A DNA stretch of 64,000 bases from Patescibacteria group bacterium (GTDB taxonomy: Bacteria > Patescibacteriota > Microgenomatia > UBA8517), in NCBI GenBank assembly GCA_035291665.1, contig DATDRP010000003.1, positions 20,549 to 84,548 of the forward strand. The letters run 5' to 3'. Positions 47,585-53,631 of this stretch are shown piece by piece. The notes beneath the pieces are model-generated. The model was not told the DNA's origin. It searched no databases and saw nothing but the letters and a program-made list of their open reading frames with translations. Position 1 is the stretch's first letter. Each line of letters starts with the position of its first letter. Both the position numbers and the translations under genes were made by a program.

Positions 47585-48921
47585 TTAGAGTGTATTGGTA
47601 TGAGAACCCGAGAATAATTGAGATTCCGCTTCCGGCAACAGAAATTACTATTCAGGACTTGACTGATCAGATTAAAGATCTTGAAGACGAACCTGCAAAT
47701 CTTGCCTTCCCGATTTTGGTAAAAACCTTCGGTAAGCAGCCGTTGGGAGCAGGTGTTTATGTAGGTATCACAGCTGAACTGCAAAATGCCAAAGTGTCTT
47801 TTGCAGCCAGAGATGGAACCGATATCCCACCGGAGGTGCTTTGTACAATCTCCGGTGGAAATTTGGTTGCTGTCGATGAAAATGGCGTTCCTATGAACCC
47901 AATACACCCGACTGCGTATACTCAAGTTGTTCTTGCCCAGTCCTCCTCGGCAACAATTGCCACACCGCCGTCGGACTACAGTTTGCTGTATCTTGTGGAG
48001 TCACTGCGGGGAAACCACGCATCGGTTGGGAACATTTGGTACTGGGACCCGGTTAGCGGGTCTGATACCAATGACGGGACCACGCCATCAAACGCAGTGC
48101 AAACCTTCGCTAAGGTTCAATCACTTTCTGATTTGGCAAACGGGGTTAATGATATCGTTTTCGCGCTCGTTACCGACCCATCCGGTATTACAACGGTTAC
48201 AAATGAAAATATTAATATCACCTCTTCTACACCAGGCATGAAACTCCGGGGGCCGGGGTATGCCTTTCAATTCAAACCGGCAACGGCGGGTAGCGATGTG
48301 ATTACAATATCTGCCGACAATGTTGAAGTCAGCGGCTTTTATATCCAGCCAAAATCTCCGGGATCCGATAACGGTATCACGGTAACCGGTGATAGTGCTC
48401 TTATTAAAGATATCTGGGTTGATACGGCAACCGCCAATGGAATTGATATCAGCACTTCCTCAAGAACCAAAATTGAAAAGTGCGTCATCGAAAACTGCAC
48501 CGGAAACGGAGTTAATCTTGGCGCGTCAACGATCAAATCCAATATCACAACCTGTATCATCTCCGGTTGTGTCAACGGGGTTGATCTAGGAGGGTCGGGG
48601 TTAACCGACAATATCCTGGAAAATAATGTTATTTATAATAATTCCGGTTATGGGATTGATATCGGTGCCGGAGTTTTGCGGACGGGTGTTCGGATGCATC
48701 ACACGTTTTCTAATAACACTTCGGGCAGTTATTACGACGAACCGCCCACTGCAGCAAAATACACTTTTGTCGAAGAAGGTGTTGCAACCGGAGATATAAA
48801 CGCTATTGTAGATGCAGTTTGGGATGAGGTTATCTCACCTTCCGCCCATACCGGTGCCCAATCAGCGGGTAAAACTCTTCGCGATGCAAAAACAAAAGCC
48901 ACTCTGGCATCACTTAAGTAA
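47578..48921 (+). CDS. Right-handed beta-helix (pectin-lyase fold, tailspike-like) protein
   Basis: Repeats 'GNGVNLGASTIKSNITTCIISGCVNGVDLGGSGLTDNILENNVIYNNSGYGIDIGAG' are typical parallel beta-helix rungs. No signal peptide. The start is placed at the ATG at 47578, because the track's GTG at 47536 overlaps the divergent TPR gene. Confidence 0.45.
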   Translation: MALRVYWYENPRIIEIPLPATEITIQDLTDQIKDLEDEPANLAFPILVKTFGKQPLGAGVYVGITAELQNAKVSFAARDGTDIPPEVLCTISGGNLVAVDENGVPMNPIHPTAYTQVVLAQSSSATIATPPSDYSLLYLVESLRGNHASVGNIWYWDPVSGSDTNDGTTPSNAVQTFAKVQSLSDLANGVNDIVFALVTDPSGITTVTNENINITSSTPGMKLRGPGYAFQFKPATAGSDVITISADNVEVSGFYIQPKSPGSDNGITVTGDSALIKDIWVDTATANGIDISTSSRTKIEKCVIENCTGNGVNLGASTIKSNITTCIISGCVNGVDLGGSGLTDNILENNVIYNNSGYGIDIGAGVLRTGVRMHHTFSNNTSGSYYDEPPTAAKYTFVEEGVATGDINAIVDAVWDEVISPSAHTGAQSAGKTLRDAKTKATLASLK

Positions 48922-48934
48922 TTTTGTAAATTAG

Positions 48935-49235
48935 AGATAAGAAAAAAAATGGGATGTGGGAAGTGGGTTCTAAGTAATAGGTTGTAAGCAGTAAGTTGTA
49001 GGAGGTAGGTTGTAGGAGATAGGTTATAGGAAAAGAGAAATGAGTTGTGGGAAGAGAAACTGGGAATGAGATGTGAGTTGTGAGTAGTGGGAAATACAGA
49101 TAAGAAATTAGGAATATAGGAATTAAGAAATTTAGAATAAAGAGAATAGAGAAATAGGAAAAATAATTGCGGAAGGGAGATTGATAATTGTAAAATAAAT
49201 CCTATATTAATGGTGTTGTGAAGACTAACGAAGTA
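48935..49235. repeat. Composite repeat island C (modules X and Y)
   Basis: Module X 'gggatgtgggaagtgggttctaagtaataggttgtaagcagtaagttgtagg' and module Y 'gtgggaaatacagataagaaattaggaatataggaattaagaaatttagaataaagagaatagag'. Only ~5 C in ~240 nt on the + strand. Confidence 0.75.
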
Positions 49236-49427
49236 TTACTCAGCTTTTGGATCGGTCGGCTCTTCTTTGACTGCTTTTTCGAATTCACTTTTAGCCTGTT
49301 TTATGCCTTTTGTGGTTTCACCGGCTTTCTTGCCAAGACCTCTGAAAATTGCTCCACCGAAGAATAAAAGTACTACTAAAACGATAATGATAATTTCGGT
49401 CGTTCCGATATTTTGAAGAAATCCCAT
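49236..49427 (-). CDS. tatA: Twin-arginine translocase subunit TatA/E family
   Basis: 63 aa. 'MGFLQNIGTTEIIIIVLVVLLFFGGAIFRGLGKKAGETTKGIKQAKSEF' gives N-terminal TM + FG hinge + amphipathic helix. Flanked on both sides by GT-rich repeat islands. Confidence 0.7.
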   Translation of the reverse strand: MGFLQNIGTTEIIIIVLVVLLFFGGAIFRGLGKKAGETTKGIKQAKSEFEKAVKEEPTDPKAE

Positions 49428-49439
49428 ATTAAAAAATAT

Positions 49440-49900
49440 ATTAATACTAAGATTCCCGAATGTCCAGTAGCAGTTTTACCCCATATTAGTAAAGGGTGAC
49501 AGAAAATTAGATTTAAGTTTAAGTTGTATGTTGTAGGTGATAGGAAGTGAGTAATGAGAAGTGAGATGTGAGAAATAAGAGTTAAGAGGTAGGTTGTAGG
49601 TGGTGGGATGTGGGATGTGAGTGGTGGGAAATACAAATAAGAATTTAGGAATACAGGAATTAAGAGAAAAGAAATGGGATGTTGGAAGTGGGTTTTAAGT
49701 AATAGGTTGTAAGTAGTAAGTTGTGGGAAAAAGGTTGTAGGTTATAGGTTATAGGAGCGAAGTTAGAAATATAGAAATTTAGTATTTTGTTTTAAGTTTT
49801 CAATTGAAGAACATTGGCCATTTAGCATTCGTATCTCGTCTCACGTATCACGTATTACATCGCTTGGTTTGAAAAGTACCGAACTAACAAGATCTCATTG
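49440..49900. repeat. Composite repeat island D (modules Y then X, then 'CGTATCTCGTCTCACGTATCACGTATTAC' module)
   Basis: Y: 'gtgggaaatacaaataagaatttaggaatacaggaattaagag'. X: 'gggatgttggaagtgggttttaagtaataggttgtaagtagtaagttgtggg'. These are the same modules as island C in swapped order. The tail module is shared with island F. Confidence 0.75.
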
Positions 49901-49934
49901 ACAGTTTCGATTACATCAAATTAATATTACCTGT

Positions 49935-50606
49935 ATGCCTTCAGCTTTATACAATAGAAAATACGTACAGAATGGCTACTATTATATTTATCACAAGTCC
50001 TCGGGAGGAAAAGAATTATTCCGCGATGAAGATGACTATTTGAATTTTGTTAAAACTTTTCAATATTATTTGACATCACCCACCGGTAAACCTCTAAGTC
50101 AAACAAAAAAAGAGGATTTAACCCAAACACCTTCACATATCCAGCTCTCTTTCAGGATACTACTGTTTGTCCTTCTACCCAAAAGTATACACATATTAAT
50201 CCGACAAAATACTCCCCCTCAGACCAACAATAATATAACTAATCTGATGCGAAGACTTTCTATCACTTATTCGATGTACTATAAAAACAGATACGATACT
50301 CATGAAAGCTTATTTGATGGGAAGTATAAAAATATTAATATCCCCGACAACGAAAAACTTCTTTATTTGTCCAAACATATTCACAGAATGCCCCTTGACC
50401 TTTATCCGCAGGAAACACTTGAGAAATACATTTACTCCAGTTATCCCTTTTATATTGGTGTGGCCGGCAAACCCGATTGGTTAGATACAAAAATAATATC
50501 CGATATACTCTTACGGTCAAGTCCGGGTTTGGGATACAAAAATTTTGTTGAAAATTCACACCTTGGCAAAGACTTGGATAAGAAATATATCGTGAATGGG
50601 GGTTAA
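49935..50606 (+). CDS. IS200/IS605-like Y1 (HuH) transposase / RAYT-like protein with degenerate HuH motif
   Basis: 'NGYYYIYHKSSGGKELFRDEDDYLNFVKTFQYYL' corresponds to the N-terminal block (YHVxxRGNxRxxIFxDDxDxxxFL). 'KSIHILI' sits at the HuH position, where the first His is replaced. 'ITNLMRRLSITYSMYYKNRY...SLFDGKYK' corresponds to the LxxLxxxYT...WQxRY(K) block with the candidate catalytic Tyr. Confidence 0.5.
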   Translation: MPSALYNRKYVQNGYYYIYHKSSGGKELFRDEDDYLNFVKTFQYYLTSPTGKPLSQTKKEDLTQTPSHIQLSFRILLFVLLPKSIHILIRQNTPPQTNNNITNLMRRLSITYSMYYKNRYDTHESLFDGKYKNINIPDNEKLLYLSKHIHRMPLDLYPQETLEKYIYSSYPFYIGVAGKPDWLDTKIISDILLRSSPGLGYKNFVENSHLGKDLDKKYIVNGG

Positions 50607-50692
50607 CAACCAATAATTAAATCTATATATCTGTTTTTTGGGACTCTTGATCAAACTATAAGAAGAAAGTATGATTAGGAAACAATAAATTT

Positions 50693-50938
50693 ATGTTTTC
50701 CAACATCGGCGTCACTGAAGTTATTATCATCATCTTGGTTCTGACTGTGATTCTCGGCAGTAAGAAAATGGGAGAACTTGCCAGCAATGCCGGACGGGCT
50801 GGCGCTGAGCTAAAAAAAGTCAAAAAGGAATATGAAGCTGCTATGAAAGAATTGGACAAGGAAATCAACGTTGATGATGAAAAAAAAGAAAAATCAGAAA
50901 AGAAAGATTCTTCAGAAAAAAAAGGAGGTGAGCTTTAA
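50693..50938 (+). CDS. Tat translocase subunit, TatB-like (TatA/B family with extended charged tail)
   Basis: 'MFSNIGVTEVIIIILVLTVILGSKKMGELASNAGRAGAELKK' has the TatB-like 'LG' hinge instead of FG. The long K/E-rich C-terminal tail is TatB-like. It overlaps the next tatA by 1 nt (TAATG). Confidence 0.55.
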   Translation: MFSNIGVTEVIIIILVLTVILGSKKMGELASNAGRAGAELKKVKKEYEAAMKELDKEINVDDEKKEKSEKKDSSEKKGGEL

Positions 50939-51078
50939 TGGCTAATTTTGGAGTACCGGAACTTCTCATTATTTCATTAATACTTGTGTTCATGTTCGGA
51001 AGCAGAAAAATTCCGGAATTCATTAAAGGTATGGGTCAGGGAATCAAAGAATACCGAAAAGCTGTAAGCCGTAAGTAA
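50938..51078 (+). CDS. tatA: TatA family protein (46 aa; absent from ORF track because <60 aa)
   Basis: ATG at 50938 overlaps the upstream stop (TAATG). Translation is MANFGVPELLIISLILVFMFGSRKIPEFIKGMGQGIKEYRKAVSRK, with stop TAA at 51076-51078. Canonical TatA TM-FG-amphipathic helix. Confidence 0.7.
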   Translation: MANFGVPELLIISLILVFMFGSRKIPEFIKGMGQGIKEYRKAVSRK

Positions 51079-51100
51079 ACCTTGGATTTCAACGTAAATT

Positions 51101-51835
51101 ATGCCCAAAACGCAGGAGCTTCAACTTGAAGAGTCCATAAATAAATATTATCCGTTTCTGATGGAAATCAGGAAAAGACTTTTATTCCTGGCAACAATCT
51201 TTGTGGTTTCCGCAGTCGGGGGATTTTTTTATTACGAACGGATTGTCAGAATAATTGTTGATTTTTTGTCGCTTGACGGCATCAACATTGTTTTCACCTC
51301 GCCTTTCCAGTACTTAAATCTTGCCGTTGATGTTGCCTTCCTGGTCGCAGTAATTGTTATCTTTCCGGTAATCATCTATCAGATAATAACTTTCCTACGT
51401 CCCGCTCTCAAAAAAAGTGAGTACAATTTAATGATCTCCTTAATCCCCATTGGTTTTTTCCTATTTATATTCGGCTTCATCTACGGAGTTGTCATGATGC
51501 GCTATGTTATGCAACTATTTTTCGAAAAATCAGTCGAGCTTAATATCGGCAACATGCTGGATATAAGCTCGCTACTTTCCAAAATAGTATCAACTTCAAC
51601 TTTTATGGGTTTAGCTTTTGAATTTCCAATCGTTGTCACGGCTTTGGTAAAACTTAAAGTTATAAAACTTAAAGTCGTTTCCCAACAAAGAGTTTACGCC
51701 TGGTTTGCATCCCTGATCTTCGCGGCAATGCTGCCGCCTACGGATCTGCTTTCTTTGGCACTTCTGACTATGCCTCTTGTAATCCTATTCGAATTTACGC
51801 TATTATTTAACAGATTATTTTCTTTGAGAAAATAA
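51101..51835 (+). CDS. tatC: Twin-arginine translocase subunit TatC
   Basis: 244 aa, six TM helices. 'GLAFEFPIVVTALVKLKVI' and 'AAMLPPTDLLSL' match conserved TatC segments (FE-PV, P-TD). Confidence 0.8.
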   Translation: MPKTQELQLEESINKYYPFLMEIRKRLLFLATIFVVSAVGGFFYYERIVRIIVDFLSLDGINIVFTSPFQYLNLAVDVAFLVAVIVIFPVIIYQIITFLRPALKKSEYNLMISLIPIGFFLFIFGFIYGVVMMRYVMQLFFEKSVELNIGNMLDISSLLSKIVSTSTFMGLAFEFPIVVTALVKLKVIKLKVVSQQRVYAWFASLIFAAMLPPTDLLSLALLTMPLVILFEFTLLFNRLFSLRK

Positions 51836-51912
51836 TCATATTATAAGTCCGGTTAGATTTGGGCACTTGCCAAGCCCGATCGCACCTAACCATAGAGAGG
51901 GAGTGATAGTAA

Positions 51913-52059
51913 ATGTTAAGAGGTATTGGAACTACAGAACTATTAATCATTGCTGTTGTACTTTTGGTGTTGTTCGGAGGTAAGAAGTTGCCTGAACTTG
52001 GAAAAGGAATCGGAGACGCTATCCGAGAGTTCAGAAATTCAATGAAGAATAAGGAATAA
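51913..52059 (+). CDS. tatA: TatA family protein (48 aa; <60 aa, not in ORF track)
   Basis: SD GGGAG lies 9 nt upstream of ATG 51913. Translation is MLRGIGTTELLIIAVVLLVLFGGKKLPELGKGIGDAIREFRNSMKNKE, with stop at 52057-52059. Confidence 0.7.
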   Translation: MLRGIGTTELLIIAVVLLVLFGGKKLPELGKGIGDAIREFRNSMKNKE

Positions 52060-52110
52060 TTTTTTACTTTAAAAAAATAAAAAGTTTCGGACTGCTTCAT
52101 CTTTGTTTGT

Positions 52111-52509
52111 ATGGGATTGATATCGCCGTTATTTTCGCTTATTGCACCGTTTATTATTTGGCCGGTTGAGTATCTGTTGCCTTTTCCTTATTTAGTCGAA
52201 GAAGTCTACAAGTCAATACTCGTACTTCTCGTGGTTAATGACAATCTTTCAAAGAAGGATCAAGCACTTCTTGTTGTTGTTAACGGAGTATTATTTTCAA
52301 TTTCGGAAACATTCTTCTATTTTATTAATATCTATAAAGTCGGTTCTCTGACAACAGTTTTGGAGCGACTTATTTCTACCACCCCGTTACACATTGTTAC
52401 GATTTTAATTATTTTCTATTTTGCAAAGAAAAATAAGAAATTGTTGCCAATTGGTTTTTTTGTTTCGGTAATCCTTCATTATTTATTTAATTTGATGATT
52501 GGAAAATAA
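52111..52509 (+). CDS. Small polytopic membrane protein, possibly CPBP/CAAX-type intramembrane protease-like
   Basis: 132 aa with 4 TM helices. 'VEEVYKS' (EExxxK), 'ILHYLFN' (HxxxN). Short for the family, so a weak call. Confidence 0.25.
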   Translation: MGLISPLFSLIAPFIIWPVEYLLPFPYLVEEVYKSILVLLVVNDNLSKKDQALLVVVNGVLFSISETFFYFINIYKVGSLTTVLERLISTTPLHIVTILIIFYFAKKNKKLLPIGFFVSVILHYLFNLMIGK

Positions 52510-52564
52510 ACGGGTAAGATAGTTGCGCATATAATTAATATTGTCCTGTATAATCGCTACAAAA

Positions 52565-52730
52565 TATAATCTCTGATGTGAGAGTTGAGAGATGAGATGT
52601 GGGAAGTGAGAAGTGAGTTGTAAGCAGTAGGTTGTAGGTAATAGGTTGTGGGAGGTAGGAAATTGGTATATTCCTAATATCTTAATATCGAAGCACATAA
52701 TATCTCTCCTATTCGTGATCAGTTCGTGAT
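52565..52730. repeat. Composite repeat island E (GT-rich module + 33-nt 3' motif + TTCGTGAT pair)
   Basis: 'gatgtgagagttgagagatgagatgtgggaagtgagaagtgagttgtaagcagtaggttgtaggtaataggttgtgggaggtagg', then 'cctaatatcttaatatcgaagcacataatatct' (52673-52705), then 'attcgtgatcagttcgtgattc'. Confidence 0.75.
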
Positions 52731-53297
52731 TCAAAGAATCCATTGAAGAAAAACTGTCGCAAACTCATCCTCAGAAAAATCAATCAGTGTTTTTGCTCCC
52801 ATTTGTTTGTAAAAATTCAAAGACAGGTTGGTCGTATCGCTGACGTAAGAATATATTGCTTTCATGCTATTTTCTCTTGAAAATTTGATGGCCTTCTTGA
52901 AAAGTCTCGATCCGTACCCCTTATCCCGATATTCCGGCCGGATATACATATACATCAACTCATAAGAAGGTTTAATCATGTGGTAATCCTCTGAAACCCA
53001 TTTTTCTTCTTTAAAAGTTTTTTCCCAAAAATTCATTTTCGCATCCGAAAAACCAAAAACACAAAAACCAACGTAGTTGTCGCCGTTTTCATCTTCTTGA
53101 AATATTACATGTACTTTGGAGTTTGAATCTTTGTCGCGAAGGTCAAATTCTTTGGAAATTCTTTTTACAAATTTTTTATAAAAAGTATCACCGCCTACAA
53201 TCTCTGAAATTTGCATTATTTCGTCACGGACCATACCCAAGTATATTTCAAATGGGATTTTGTAGTAAAGATTACTTTGTAGGTCAAAATAGAGCAT
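52731..53297 (-). CDS. GNAT family N-acetyltransferase
   Basis: 188 aa. 'YMYIRPEYRDKGYGSRLFKKAIKFSRENSMKAIYSYV' is acetyl-CoA-binding motif A (R/Q-x-x-G-x-G/A). Confidence 0.65.
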   Translation of the reverse strand: MLYFDLQSNLYYKIPFEIYLGMVRDEIMQISEIVGGDTFYKKFVKRISKEFDLRDKDSNSKVHVIFQEDENGDNYVGFCVFGFSDAKMNFWEKTFKEEKWVSEDYHMIKPSYELMYMYIRPEYRDKGYGSRLFKKAIKFSRENSMKAIYSYVSDTTNLSLNFYKQMGAKTLIDFSEDEFATVFLQWIL

Positions 53298-53304
53298 ACG
53301 GCAA

Positions 53305-53631
53305 AAGCACTATGGCCAGGCGCTAGGTATAAGGTAGTGAGAAGTGAGAAATGAGATGTGGAAATTGAGATGTGGGAAGTAAGTGGTGGGAAGTGGAAAA
53401 TAGGTTGTAGGAGGTAGGATATCAGGAATATAGGAATTAAAGGAATAAGTAGTTTCGTTCTTCTTTTTTCGTCTCTCGTATCCCGTATAACTTGTCACTT
53501 GTTACGTATTACTTTTCCCCTACCGCTTGATATCTTTCCTATTCGAGTTCAATTCGTAGCTATAATTCGTGATAATTAGTGATGTAAATTTGTGAGCTAA
53601 ATTCGTGAGTTCAATTCGTCTTAACTCGTAG
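53305..53631. repeat. Composite repeat island F (GT-rich module, 'TCGTCTCTCGTATCCCGTATAAC...ACGTATTAC' module, AATTCGTGA array)
   Basis: 'ggtagtgagaagtgagaaatgagatgtggaaattgagatgtgggaagtaagtggtgggaagtggaaaataggttgtaggaggtagg', then 'cgtctctcgtatcccgtataacttgtcacttgttacgtattac', then 'caattcgtagctataattcgtgataattagtgatgtaaatttgtgagctaaattcgtgagttcaattcgt'. Confidence 0.75.

Noticed and set aside
37679-48921. Calling this block a prophage.
   Set aside because: Only fibre/tailspike-like folds are suggested. No integrase, terminase, portal, capsid or tail-tube genes were recognised. Kept as a hypothesis in the findings rather than annotated as a mobile element.
49376-49636. ORF-track entries 49376..49636(-), 52483..52743(-), 53310..53498(-) and 56467..56733(+), read as coding genes.
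   Set aside because: The first three are translations of the GT-rich repeat islands (PTTY / SHIS low-complexity peptides). The last is antisense to the 46-aa tatA at 56511-56651. None has domain content.
48935-49900. Possible CRISPR array, because of dense short repeats around 49-50 kb, 52.6 kb and 53.4 kb.
   Set aside because: Repeats are degenerate, of variable length, and have no regular repeat-spacer periodicity. No cas genes are present in the window. They are better described as composite interspersed repeat islands.
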